Below are positions 9,623 through 19,418 of a stretch of DNA of 64,000 bases, one piece after another. Numbering within the stretch: position 1 is the first letter of the stretch; the number at the start of each line of letters is the position of its first letter. The position numbers were made by a program, and so were the translations under genes. The stretch is from positions 1 through 64,000 of the IMG/VR virus record IMGVR_UViG_3300027861_000001. The stretch is one strand, 5' to 3'. The notes under the pieces were generated by a model. It was given only the letters and a program-made list of their open reading frames with translations. It did no database searches and was not told the origin of the DNA. Source of the stretch: a virus.

Positions 9623-10623
9623 GAGGAATAAAATGGGCAAGGAAGAAATAGTACGTATACTCGTTGTTGGTGCAGTGGTTTGTGCTTTAGCTTTTGCCTG
9701 CTCAACTTGTATAATAAGTATGGACAACAACGAAACTGAGAAATACTTAGAAGAACTACGCCTTGAACACGAGTGTGAATAATGAAGTCAGATAAATATC
9801 ACCCAGACGGCAGCAGAAAAATTCCTGATGATATATTTAAGGCACCAGGACCTTTTGCGGCTATAGCTAACGATGAGTTTGACTTTGAAGATGTGTGGGC
9901 AGCTATTGTTATAGATATGCTTTGTGCATCTGAACTTCAAGAAGCTGAACTAGAAAATAATATACCGTTTCATGTCTTTTATTAAGGAGGCACATATGAA
10001 TTGTCCAACATGTGGTTGTAATGGAGAAAAACTACTGAAGGCTCTAAACTATGCTCTAAACTGTCTTGAAGTAATGGCACTGAACATGGATGGGGAAGCT
10101 AATGTGCTGGATCGTTGGAGAGAAGTTAGAGAAGCCAGAACAGACCTTGAACGTGAACACTATGGGGAGGAATAAGTTTGAACATAATTCTTGGGTTTTT
10201 AGTGCATGAACTTTTACATATGAAGTATAGAAAAATATGCCAAAAGGAGATAAAGACATGGGTTCTATGAAAAGACTAGCCGAAGATATAATGGAAGACC
10301 TAGATGCCATAGTTAAGAAGCACAAAATGACACCGATTGAGTTAATATCAGTGTTTGAGCTGTGGCAAGAGCATAACGAAGATGGGTGGGAAATGAAACT
10401 ACAATGGACTAATAAAACTTGTCCATGCAAATCTCCTGGCGGAATATGTGAGTATCCTCTAAACGGGCTTCCTTCTCACAGATTATGTAGGTTTGATACC
10501 TGCCCTGATGAAAGTAAAAAACTAATAGAGAAATAAGGAGGCAGAGCATGAACAAGAGAGATTCTGCTGGTGTATTTGTTTGCCTAGTAATCATCATTCT
10601 TCTAATTACTTAGGAGGTAGAAT

Positions 10624-10851
10624 ATGCCAACTACTGGTAAATATTCACTGAAGGATTATAAATGTACTCGGTGTGGAAGGATAGAAAAACACGGCACAAA
10701 TCACTGGGGTGAAATCTATCCTAGATGTAGTGGCTGTTCTTTGAAACATCCCCTTGACCCTAATGTTGTGTGGGAATGCCTTGAACAGATGCCTGAAGGA
10801 TACACTAAACCTGAACAGTGGCAAAAGGTAAGGCTTGGTGACATTAGTTAG
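10624..10851 (+). CDS. zinc-ribbon protein
   Basis: CTRC...CSGC; AGGAGG RBS. Confidence 0.6.
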   Translation: MPTTGKYSLKDYKCTRCGRIEKHGTNHWGEIYPRCSGCSLKHPLDPNVVWECLEQMPEGYTKPEQWQKVRLGDIS

Positions 10852-11092
10852 TTGTATAACACCAAAACCTAGAAGGGCATTCATAACACTTATCTAACAC
10901 CGGTTGCAAATTCCTATGTTTATAACACCACTCAAAAGTATCAGTGTTATTACAAACATCACAGTGCCATTTACCATATCTACCTAGGTTATAAGCTTCA
11001 CGCCATAATACATTTTTGTATTCAGCATACGGCATCACATTACCACAAGTTAGACACACTACCTTCAAGTCTTCACTAAGACGATCAACCAT
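10844..11092 (-). CDS. CxxCxxRFxC(W)T-family protein (Zn ribbon + tag)
   Basis: Ends CYECPSRFWCYTTN. Confidence 0.75.
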   Translation of the reverse strand: MVDRLSEDLKVVCLTCGNVMPYAEYKNVLWREAYNLGRYGKWHCDVCNNTDTFEWCYKHRNLQPVLDKCYECPSRFWCYTTN

Positions 11093-11320
11093 TCAACTTG
11101 TCCAACACGCAAATCTTTGTCTACACTTCCCACACTTACCTCTTGCCGCTTGTTCGTGCCTAATTGTCATACACCTAACTATACTTCTACATTTACACTT
11201 GTCGCAGGCAGTAATTCCCGCACTTGTAGACGTGGATGATAGTTCCCATACGTCTACATAATGAAATCGTGACTCTCCACAGTCTGCACAAACATAACTC
11301 GTAGGGTATAAATTATCCAT
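11093..11320 (-). CDS. CWT-family protein (Zn ribbon + tag)
   Basis: Ends CGKCRQRFACWTS; start moved to ATG 11320. Confidence 0.75.
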   Translation of the reverse strand: MDNLYPTSYVCADCGESRFHYVDVWELSSTSTSAGITACDKCKCRSIVRCMTIRHEQAARGKCGKCRQRFACWTS

Positions 11321-11321
11321 T

Positions 11322-11537
11322 TTAATTTGTCCAGCACCTGTACCTTTCGTTACACAAATCACATTTACCCCTTGCCATTTGTTCGTCTTTAATTAAGTGG
11401 CACCACTCTAAATTTTGGCTACCACAAGAAGGGCAAGAATAATCGTTTTTGTGATAAGTTAGATACTCTCTATATGTTAGATGTTCTCCGCACACAGAGC
11501 AAGCCACTGACCACAAATCTAGATAGTTTATTGCCAT
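11322..11537 (-). CDS. CWT-family protein (Zn ribbon + tag)
   Basis: Ends CDLCNERYRCWTN; paralog of both downstream neighbours. Confidence 0.75.
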   Translation of the reverse strand: MAINYLDLWSVACSVCGEHLTYREYLTYHKNDYSCPSCGSQNLEWCHLIKDEQMARGKCDLCNERYRCWTN

Positions 11538-11798
11538 TTCTAAAAATATTTTGCCTTTTTAAGCAAATCTCCCCATAAAATACTACTGTTTTGAAGCTAA
11601 ACCACAACCAGAAATAGGAAAATAATAGGTATTAAATGGCTATTTTTTACCCTTTTTTTCCTCTTTTTTGACACTTTTTACCCATTTAATTCCAATTAAA
11701 TTCATCAAAAAATACTTCATAAGCTACAGTACCACGTACCAGTTTAGGTGTTGATATGTCTATATATCCAATGCCATTCTCCTCGCAAAACTTTTTAA

Positions 11799-12182
11799 CT
11801 ATGTCTGACTTGGTTGTTCTGGGTTTCCTCCATTCCATCTCCATAATTTTCTCCTTAATCTTTCTTTCCAAGAATATTTAATGGCTACTATATGTATGAA
11901 TCTCCATGTTCCAATTTTGAATATGTCCTCATTTTCTACGGCATATTCAATAGTATCTACCTTTCTCCAATACCATTCAAAGTGTTCAAAGTCTTCGGTT
12001 AGCCTAGTGTCCTTTATTTTGACAGCACCACTCTTTATTAACTGTTTAGCGTAGGCTCTAGAATAACCTATTGATTCCATAACATCTACCATATTCAAGG
12101 TTAAAAAGTCACTGTAATAAAAATCACAGTGATGATAGAACTGCATAAAACCGTATCCTTTGGGTGCTTTTTGTTGTGCCAT
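11799..12182 (-). CDS. S4-like RNA-binding domain protein
   Basis: IGYSRAYAKQLIKSGAVKIKD and IFKIGTWRFIHI resemble the S4 domain of TyrRS; start at the TAATG overlap. Confidence 0.55.
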   Translation of the reverse strand: MAQQKAPKGYGFMQFYHHCDFYYSDFLTLNMVDVMESIGYSRAYAKQLIKSGAVKIKDTRLTEDFEHFEWYWRKVDTIEYAVENEDIFKIGTWRFIHIVAIKYSWKERLRRKLWRWNGGNPEQPSQT

Positions 12183-12459
12183 TATTTTACATTTACTCCG
12201 TGAGTAGTACATATAAACTTATGTTGGCAGGAGTTACATTTAGTGTTACACAAAATAATAGAAGTGGTTTGTACATAAAGAATCATACGATCACAAGCAA
12301 CAGTGGGTTCTAATGCAGTAATGTTAGTTCCATCAAACTCACGTGGAGTCATCACACATTATAATGCTTAAAAAGAAGCTCATCAATATCGCGTAGACTT
12401 GCCGTGGCTCTATCACTATATATCAATACAACAATATCGCCTTCTTTAAATTTAGACAC
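12182..12459 (-). pseudogene. frameshifted CWT-family gene
   Basis: GTG-SKFKEGDIVVL... in one frame and ...CNTKCNSCQHKFICTTHGVNVK* in another; one base missing near 12360. Confidence 0.7.
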
Positions 12460-12706
12460 CCATCTTTACTCCCATTGTCATACATCTAAACCTGTGCTGG
12501 CATTCTTTGCAGTTGGGTACACATTTAAGTAAAGTTGATTTTGTATACGTGTATGCTTCCCAATCTTCTTTACCAGCTCGAACTAACTTATAACTGAAAA
12601 TCTTAAAAACTTTAGCTTTAGTTCCTATATATTGTTCCGTATCTTTTGAATCATATACGTTAATAGTAGTTATGACAACAGTATCGCCAACTTTTAATTC
12701 ACTCAT
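12452..12706 (-). CDS. CWT-family protein (KOW/SH3-like + tag)
   Basis: LKVGDTV N-terminus; CKECQHRFRCMT. Confidence 0.75.
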   Translation of the reverse strand: MSELKVGDTVVITTINVYDSKDTEQYIGTKAKVFKIFSYKLVRAGKEDWEAYTYTKSTLLKCVPNCKECQHRFRCMTMGVKMGV

Positions 12707-13037
12707 CTATTTTTACTCCATGTGTAATACAAATAAACCTGTTATGGCACTCCTTACAAACCTTTTCGCAAAGGATTACAGATGTTTTTAAAACAACAAA
12801 ACTTCGCAGAGCTATAGCAACATCATGTTTTGCATCTGTTCTGAAAATCTTATCAATCCAACCTCGACGATGATGGCCGTAGATGCTTTTATTCATTATA
12901 ATAAGATAGCTACCAAGGTCACGAATAACAACATAGTGTCCGGCTAAACTAATACTCTTGTATCTACCGATTTTTCTTTCTGTAAACATGTCGTAATGCA
13001 GCAAAATTACAGTGTCTTTCTCCTTTATCTCTGTCAT
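12699..13037 (-). CDS. CWT-family protein
   Basis: CKECHNRFICITHGVK. Confidence 0.75.
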   Translation of the reverse strand: MTEIKEKDTVILLHYDMFTERKIGRYKSISLAGHYVVIRDLGSYLIIMNKSIYGHHRRGWIDKIFRTDAKHDVAIALRSFVVLKTSVILCEKVCKECHNRFICITHGVKIDE

Positions 13038-13297
13038 TTCTTCCTGTTCTTCCTTTTAACAGCCTCTATCATCTCGTCTACTGTAGTTGCGACACTTATT
13101 TTAGCTTTCTTAACAGCATCTTCAAATGACATACCTTCTATCTCTTTGAAGTGGGTATAATAACACCCCCACGCTTCTTTCTGACCGTCAAACCCACCAG
13201 AGAATACAGACTCGTAGTGTGCCTTGCACAGAGGTAACCTACCTAAAGGCTGTAGGTTCTCAATTACTTCTTCTTCACAGTAAATACATTTTTTCAT
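13034..13297 (-). CDS. hypothetical protein
   Basis: ATGA-coupled to the upstream gene; CIYC...CKAH. Confidence 0.6.
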   Translation of the reverse strand: MKKCIYCEEEVIENLQPLGRLPLCKAHYESVFSGGFDGQKEAWGCYYTHFKEIEGMSFEDAVKKAKISVATTVDEMIEAVKRKNRKK

Positions 13298-13509
13298 GAC
13301 GTACAACACCTAAATCTTTCTTCGCAAGTTTCACAAGCTTTTAAATGCCCAAACATTAGTCTTTTTATAACAAAATCAAGACACTCACTACAATTTTCAC
13401 CTATGTTTTCACAGAAGTCATCCATATTATCTGCAAATGATGGACAAGGCATTGCTTGTGCTAGACTATCCCTTTCCATAATAGAATAAACAATTTCTAA
13501 ACATTTCAT
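13294..13509 (-). CDS. CWT-family protein
   Basis: Ends CETCEERFRCCTS. Confidence 0.7.
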   Translation of the reverse strand: MKCLEIVYSIMERDSLAQAMPCPSFADNMDDFCENIGENCSECLDFVIKRLMFGHLKACETCEERFRCCTS

Positions 13510-13928
13510 TATTCAGTCCAACATTGAAAACGACGCTTACAGTTCTCACATAAATTTAAAGAATTATCAATTTCAAAATCATTCTTCCATCTAATAACAT
13601 AATATTCCTTTCCGGTTACGTTTGCTCTAAAGCTATTAATTACATAACTTTTATCGGTTCGGTGAGCAACAATTTTTCCATAAAGGCAACTAAAATAGGG
13701 ATGTTTGAGCTTAACAATAGTTTCATTTTCTACCGCAGCAGACAAAATTGATTCTTCAATAAATCTCTTAAGATCACTTGGGTGTATATTATACCCATCA
13801 CTCTCTATAGAAGAAATGAGTGGTGAATATCTTTTCTTGTTAGGTTTTGGTGATATTATATCAGCGTGCCATCCACCTATATAATACATCCACTCTTGCC
13901 CATTAATGTGTAACTTTCTATACTTCAT
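13509..13928 (-). CDS. CWT-family protein
   Basis: Ends CENCKRRFQCWTE. Confidence 0.75.
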   Translation of the reverse strand: MKYRKLHINGQEWMYYIGGWHADIISPKPNKKRYSPLISSIESDGYNIHPSDLKRFIEESILSAAVENETIVKLKHPYFSCLYGKIVAHRTDKSYVINSFRANVTGKEYYVIRWKNDFEIDNSLNLCENCKRRFQCWTE

Positions 13929-14276
13929 TTAGCTTGTCCAACATTGAAATCTAAAGTAGCATACGGCACAAAGGTCTGGTGGGTCGTCTTTTTCTGGATA
14001 TATTTTCTCCAATTCTTTGTAGTATACTTCATAAGATGGATAGGAACCTTTAGCCATTGCATTACAATATACTCCACACTCTTTAAAAATGGGACATGTT
14101 TTACAAGTATTTAGGTTACTTGGTTTTGTTGTGTTTATTGTGTTTAACCAATAGTAACAATATATATTAACAGCACACTTATCAATTATAAATTTCAAAC
14201 AAGGGTTATTCTTTCCTTCAGATAATAGTTTTTGGTTTCGTCGCTCTATACGAGCCATTATCTCGTCTTGATTCAT
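13929..14276 (-). CDS. CWT-family protein, tandem paralog
   Basis: Ends YPEKDDPPDLCAVCYFRFQCWTS. Confidence 0.75.
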   Translation of the reverse strand: MNQDEIMARIERRNQKLLSEGKNNPCLKFIIDKCAVNIYCYYWLNTINTTKPSNLNTCKTCPIFKECGVYCNAMAKGSYPSYEVYYKELEKIYPEKDDPPDLCAVCYFRFQCWTS

Positions 14277-14635
14277 GATGTTACACACTTAAATCTAAAG
14301 TAACAAACAGCGCACAAGTCCGTCGGATCATCTTTCTCTGGATAGTTTTCTTCTAAAACAGTATAAAACTTTAATGAACCTTCTTCATCAGTGACATGAT
14401 CTTCACAATACATATCACATGCATACTTAATGGGGCACCTAATACATCTAACCTCACCATTATTTACTGCAACAAAATACTCACAAAACACAAAATCATA
14501 CGTGTTTGCTACGTTAGTCATCATGTCTACACAATGGTTGTGGGTATTAGTAGCCATACATTTTTGGTTGTTTCGTTCTATACGAATCATAATTTCTTCT
14601 TGACTCATGGTGTTGGTGCCTATCAAATAATTCAT
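14273..14635 (-). CDS. CWT-family protein, tandem paralog
   Basis: Ends YPEKDDPTDLCAVCYFRFKCVTS. Confidence 0.75.
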   Translation of the reverse strand: MNYLIGTNTMSQEEIMIRIERNNQKCMATNTHNHCVDMMTNVANTYDFVFCEYFVAVNNGEVRCIRCPIKYACDMYCEDHVTDEEGSLKFYTVLEENYPEKDDPTDLCAVCYFRFKCVTS

Positions 14636-14655
14636 ATACCACTCCCTCTAATGTA

Positions 14656-14684
14656 ATGATATCATATGCCCACCGAGTTGTCAA
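14656..14684 (-). promoter_or_regulatory. sigma70-type promoter with spacer GGC
   Basis: TTGACA-actcggtgGGCataTGa-TATCAT. Confidence 0.8.
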
Positions 14685-14729
14685 CTGATATGCCGCTGAG
14701 AGTGCAGTTAGGCTCGTCCGAGTGGGTCA

Positions 14730-14758
14730 TTGACATTTCGTCAGGCATATGATATTAT
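14730..14758 (+). promoter_or_regulatory. sigma70-type promoter with spacer GGC (divergent partner)
   Basis: TTGACA-tttcgtcaGGCataTGa-TATTAT. Confidence 0.8.
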
Positions 14759-14795
14759 AGTAGTGTAAAGGTCAATCTGAAGGAGCATATTCTTA

Positions 14796-15017
14796 ATGAA
14801 GAAAAAAAGTACGATTAAAGTAGGCTTTCATTGTGATGGTTTTTACAGTGCATGTGAAAATAGAGGATTTCGTGACTCAGCAGACGTTAAAAAGAGAGCT
14901 TTCTGTGAGTCTGGTGGGCAATATACAGATAGAACCATGTGTAGGCATTGCGTAGAACTAAAAAGTAGGTTCCGTAATAAACCACAAAAAAGGATTTGGA
15001 ACTCCAAGAAAAAGTAG
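14796..15017 (+). CDS. small Cys-containing basic protein
   Basis: AGGAG RBS, first gene after the promoter. Confidence 0.6.
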   Translation: MKKKSTIKVGFHCDGFYSACENRGFRDSADVKKRAFCESGGQYTDRTMCRHCVELKSRFRNKPQKRIWNSKKK

Positions 15018-15158
15018 GGGTAAAAATGAAAATAACTAAGAAAACTATTGTAAATGGAATAACTCGTCAACTATTAAGATTTGTTGTTGGGACAATTATC
15101 GTTTTGGTTTTATTGTGTATTATTGTTTCTTTTTTAGATTAAGGAGATATACATAGTT

Positions 15159-15503
15159 ATGCTGGAAGAAGCTTCAACAGAAATACTAAATAATATACAC
15201 ACCAACGAGATAACCTTAAGAGCTAAAACTAGAAAAGTATTTAATGAAGCAAACAGTATATATGCAAAAGCTAGGGAAACTTATACTTCCCACTATCGTA
15301 TAGATACTACAGCAAATGGTGGCAAGGAGTTTAAAAAACTGTTAAAGGTGTCAGGATGGTTGTACAAAAGGGGAGATGTTACTTTTAACGAGTATTTAAA
15401 ATTACAAAGCAAAGTAGACGACGTAGTGAATACCAAAAATAACTTAACAAACCTGTTTACTGTTTTGGAGTTTTACTATGTGAGAGGGAATGTACTATGC
15501 TAA
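15159..15503 (+). CDS. hypothetical protein
   Basis: AGGAG RBS. Confidence 0.6.
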   Translation: MLEEASTEILNNIHTNEITLRAKTRKVFNEANSIYAKARETYTSHYRIDTTANGGKEFKKLLKVSGWLYKRGDVTFNEYLKLQSKVDDVVNTKNNLTNLFTVLEFYYVRGNVLC

Positions 15504-16078
15504 AACATATCATTACAACAAAGTGTGACAGGGAATGTCCGTATTGTATTACAAAAAACGTTCCTGCTGGGTGTACTACAGACTTTAAATTGCTTAAGGA
15601 AACTTATAAAAGGCTGACAAAACAGGGACACAAACAAATAATGTTAACAGGTGGAGAACCTACACTCGCCGAAGACTTTCAAACACTAGCATTTTGTGCT
15701 AAGATGTGGTTTGATAAAATACATATAACAACACAGAATGAGTCAATGCTGGATTGGGTGGCAATGTACATGGACTCGGTAAATTTCTCCATACACGATA
15801 GAGGTATAATACCAAAAGCTCCTTCCAGTAATGCACCAATTTATGCGGCAGTTATGGTGTCTTCATATTATGCTGACCTACCAAATGAACTGAACAAGTT
15901 AGGTTACAGTGGGCTAACAATAAATGAAGACTACCGAGGTACAGAAGATTTTGAAAGACCTATTCCCCAAATAGAAAACTTTTCAATAAGAATAAATAAG
16001 AGAGGATATTGTATTACTGATGAAACAATTATCCTCCCTAGTTTAGAAGTTATAACAGACTTTAGACCTTATCTGTAG
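15497..16078 (+). CDS. radical SAM protein (short, activase/QueE-like size)
   Basis: CDRECPYC (CxxxCxxC) and LTGGEPTL. Confidence 0.85.
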   Translation: MLKHIITTKCDRECPYCITKNVPAGCTTDFKLLKETYKRLTKQGHKQIMLTGGEPTLAEDFQTLAFCAKMWFDKIHITTQNESMLDWVAMYMDSVNFSIHDRGIIPKAPSSNAPIYAAVMVSSYYADLPNELNKLGYSGLTINEDYRGTEDFERPIPQIENFSIRINKRGYCITDETIILPSLEVITDFRPYL

Positions 16079-16229
16079 GAGAAAAAAAATGAATGTTAAC
16101 TACATCGGTCAAGGATTAGCCACAGTCGGAGTGTGCGCGCTAGTTGGATTTCTAATTCATACTACTGGTACAGATGCGTGGGCTTGGTTACTCTTGGTGC
16201 TTTTGATAGTTTGGTAAGTAGGAGGAAAA

Positions 16230-16445
16230 ATGTTTAGATGTGCTGATTGTGGAAACGTGTCAAAACCTAGGGAAGCTCGTAACTTGGTGGTTACTAAAAC
16301 TAGGAAAAAAGAGTATCCATACAGACCAAAAGCTTTTAAGTTTTGGCAGAATGGTAAAGAAGAAAGAAGGGATGATTCTGGTGGAACCGGAGTTGAGATC
16401 GTTGCTGAAAAAGCAATTTGTAAATCTTGTTTAGAGGCATATTGA
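16230..16445 (+). CDS. zinc-ribbon protein
   Basis: CADC...CKSC; AGGAGG RBS. Confidence 0.6.
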   Translation: MFRCADCGNVSKPREARNLVVTKTRKKEYPYRPKAFKFWQNGKEERRDDSGGTGVEIVAEKAICKSCLEAY

Positions 16446-16446
16446 C

Positions 16447-16794
16447 ATGGATAGAGACTATCTCGAAAAAAGATTAGCTAAAATTTGGAGAGAAGTCATC
16501 CTTTTAATGATGAAACGATTTGTTACCTACGATGAAAAAAAGAAAAATGAATTGAATGATAAAATAAATAAGCTACGAGAAGAAGCTAATAGAATAATGG
16601 AAACTTTGGATATGGCGGAAGTGTCATTACCCAGCGTAAAAACTGAACCAAAGTACATCAGGAGACGATGGTTGTTTCTTGCTTATGTAGTTTGTTGTAT
16701 TCTTGTCTTTACGATGCATCCAATATTCGCTATTCCAGCATTTATTTTTCTAGCTTATGAGATTAAATCCATGTACAAAAAGTTACCATTTTAG
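16447..16794 (+). CDS. membrane protein
   Basis: Coiled N-terminus, C-terminal hydrophobic hairpin. Confidence 0.55.
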   Translation: MDRDYLEKRLAKIWREVILLMMKRFVTYDEKKKNELNDKINKLREEANRIMETLDMAEVSLPSVKTEPKYIRRRWLFLAYVVCCILVFTMHPIFAIPAFIFLAYEIKSMYKKLPF

Positions 16795-17096
16795 GAGAAA
16801 TTAAGTGGAAGAAGAAAAAGTAATTACAAGTGTCAGAGGTTCTACTAAAAATGAAGGCAAAGCAAGTCTAATCAAAAGAGGTTATGATGTAAATTGCCCT
16901 GTGTGTGCGAAAAAGTTTAACGACAGTTCCACACAAAAAAGGGTTACTTGCCCAAACTGTAGACACAGCTGGCGAGTTAATTTCAGTGGAAAACCTGAAT
17001 GGGGGAAATAATGGAAAATAAAGATTTACTACAAGATACGCTAGACAGAATGAGGTCTATGTTGGCTAAATTAGATGCATTATTGAAGGACAAAAA

Positions 17097-17462
17097 ATGA
17101 GTTGGTTGTCTTTTAAAGAGTTACAAATTGTTGGAAAAGTAAATGATAGGGTTATAATTACTGCAAGTAATTATTCCACAACCTGCCCTTGTCCTATTTG
17201 CAAATCACTTTCAGAACATGTTACCAAACTAATAATTGAGTCTTTTGAGATTGGTCTAAATGAGTTAATGGTGCATCTTAAGGTTAATAAGCTAGAAGGA
17301 AACCCTACTTTTGACGAAAATTACATTTCGTTATCGTTGGACGCCGCTCGTTGTTGCGAGGCAGATATAAAGTTTCTTATTTGTAATAACTATTGTGGTT
17401 GTTGTAAAGCAAGGTTTCTTTGTAAAACAACAAGTGACTTTTTTTGGACGGGGGAAGAATAA
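17097..17462 (+). CDS. CWT-family protein (variant)
   Basis: CGCCKARFLCKTT. Confidence 0.6.
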   Translation: MSWLSFKELQIVGKVNDRVIITASNYSTTCPCPICKSLSEHVTKLIIESFEIGLNELMVHLKVNKLEGNPTFDENYISLSLDAARCCEADIKFLICNNYCGCCKARFLCKTTSDFFWTGEE

Positions 17463-17463
17463 A

Positions 17464-17922
17464 ATGAGTAACATGAGAGCAGACAGGGATAGGCGGGCAG
17501 ACGATCAAGAAAGAGACTTAGTAAAACGAGCCAGAGATAATGGGTGTATCTCTAATAGAGTTGATGCTGAGATAGATGTTGAGATATTTTCAGAAGGGCA
17601 TATACAAGTAATAGATTGTAAACAGACTGATGATTCAGTTTTTTATGTAGCAAAAACAGACATAGAGAAAGGATTGGACTATACACAGCGGCTGAGAAAT
17701 TGGTATGCAGGTGTGGAAGTCACATTCCTAGTGGAAATGTTCTTTCCTAAGTATAAAAATAAAAACAAACAACTGTTGGAAATTACGGAAGAAAATCGTG
17801 GGATTAGTATTAAGGTATTAAAAACAAAAGAAGGTATGCTTGCTGTAAGGGCAGATAAAACTCACGGTAAAGGTGTTGGAACCGTAGAAGAATTAAGGAA
17901 AGAGCTAGAAAAGGTGGATTGA
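17464..17922 (+). CDS. hypothetical protein
   Basis: ORF, start refined to ATG 17464. Confidence 0.6.
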   Translation: MSNMRADRDRRADDQERDLVKRARDNGCISNRVDAEIDVEIFSEGHIQVIDCKQTDDSVFYVAKTDIEKGLDYTQRLRNWYAGVEVTFLVEMFFPKYKNKNKQLLEITEENRGISIKVLKTKEGMLAVRADKTHGKGVGTVEELRKELEKVD

Positions 17923-18185
17923 GATGGAATGTCCTTATTGTGAAATGGAAAATTTTGTTCCAGAGGTAGTTTTTACCCATACAGAATATTATGGTGGTGG
18001 TATAAAATACTTTAGATGCCTACACTGTGAGCGTGTTGTTCAGGTAGTTTGTCAAAGAACTGTTCGCCTTAGCGAACCACGTAAAACAGACCACGAAAGT
18101 GACTGGGGATAGTTGGAGGTGAGTAATGACTAAATAGTAAGTTAAAAACTACTAATAAAATCTAAAAAGGAGAAAAGAAGAAACA

Positions 18186-18539
18186 ATGGCTGAAAAAACA
18201 CAAAAAGACAACAGCATGAAAGGGGCATTCATCGATTCCCTGAAAAGAACCAACAAAGAAATCAAGTCAGATCGCGCAGAGGCAATTGGTGAAGATGCTC
18301 AAATCATGTACAGGCGCACAGTCGAGGACTTGGAAGTTGATTTGAAAAGGTTGAAAAGAAATCGAGAAAACATGCTTGACATGAGCCCCGCCAATACTAT
18401 GAGCTTGATGGTAGCTCAGGACTTCGATTCCAGAAAGTTTGTCGAAGATGATATTCAACTGGGCATCGAAATCAGAAATACCGAGATCAAGCTCGAAATC
18501 GCCCAAGAACAGTACGAATTTCTGTTCGGTGTTAGCTAA
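18186..18539 (+). CDS. coiled-coil hypothetical protein
   Basis: AGGAG RBS; precedes the VWA/PurA-like pair. Confidence 0.7.
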   Translation: MAEKTQKDNSMKGAFIDSLKRTNKEIKSDRAEAIGEDAQIMYRRTVEDLEVDLKRLKRNRENMLDMSPANTMSLMVAQDFDSRKFVEDDIQLGIEIRNTEIKLEIAQEQYEFLFGVS

Positions 18540-18566
18540 ATTTAATTCAGAAAGGAGAAATTATTT

Positions 18567-19418
18567 ATGGGACATGGAACTTATTCATTCAACAGTCGGT
18601 CAGTCAGAGCGTCTACTATGGGATATAGTACAAAATCAACCCAAGAGCTTTTTCCACAACGTGATATAAATAGTGCTATGAGTCCTGATGGGGTCACTCT
18701 GCGTGAGGCTAGGGACTCAGACGACCATCCAGACTCATTTCCTATTGTTCTTGCGTTGGATGAAACTGGTTCAATGGGATCAATTCCTCACTTCTTGGTA
18801 AAAGAAGGCTTACCAAATATGATGGACAAAATCATCAAAAGTGGTGTGAACAGTCCTCAAATTCTTTTTCTGGGTATCGGAGATCATAAATGTGATAGGT
18901 CGCCGTTACAGGTAGGACAGTTTGAATCTTCGGATGACCTATTGGATAAGTGGCTTACTGATCTGTACCTTGAAGGTGGTGGTGGTGGAAATGCTGGTGA
19001 GAGTTACCATCTGGCATGGTTCTTTGCTGGTAGATACACCTTTACGGACAGCCTGGAGAAACGCGGGAAGAAGGGCGTGCTCATCACTATTGGTGACGAA
19101 CCTACTTTAAAGAGCATTTCGTCAAGCTCACTAAAATCTATTATGGGTGATGGTGAGTATTCCGACGTATCTGCTGCCGAGCTGTTGGATAGTGCTAGGG
19201 AGAAATATCACGTATTTCATCTGCACATGCTCCAAGGGCACAACGGTAACCGGCAAGACGTAAAGGACGGCTGGAAAGAATTAATGGGGGATGATGCAAT
19301 CTTTGTACAGCGTCGGGAAGATGTTGCAGATATTATAGCCGACATTGTTTCAAATGTAGCATTATCGACCAGCAACCAAACAACCAAAGTCAAAGCAACC
19401 ACAGAGGAAATGCTCTAG
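18567..19418 (+). CDS. VWA (MIDAS) domain protein
   Basis: LALDETGSMG, EGGGGGNAGESY, ITIGDE. Confidence 0.75.
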   Translation: MGHGTYSFNSRSVRASTMGYSTKSTQELFPQRDINSAMSPDGVTLREARDSDDHPDSFPIVLALDETGSMGSIPHFLVKEGLPNMMDKIIKSGVNSPQILFLGIGDHKCDRSPLQVGQFESSDDLLDKWLTDLYLEGGGGGNAGESYHLAWFFAGRYTFTDSLEKRGKKGVLITIGDEPTLKSISSSSLKSIMGDGEYSDVSAAELLDSAREKYHVFHLHMLQGHNGNRQDVKDGWKELMGDDAIFVQRREDVADIIADIVSNVALSTSNQTTKVKATTEEML

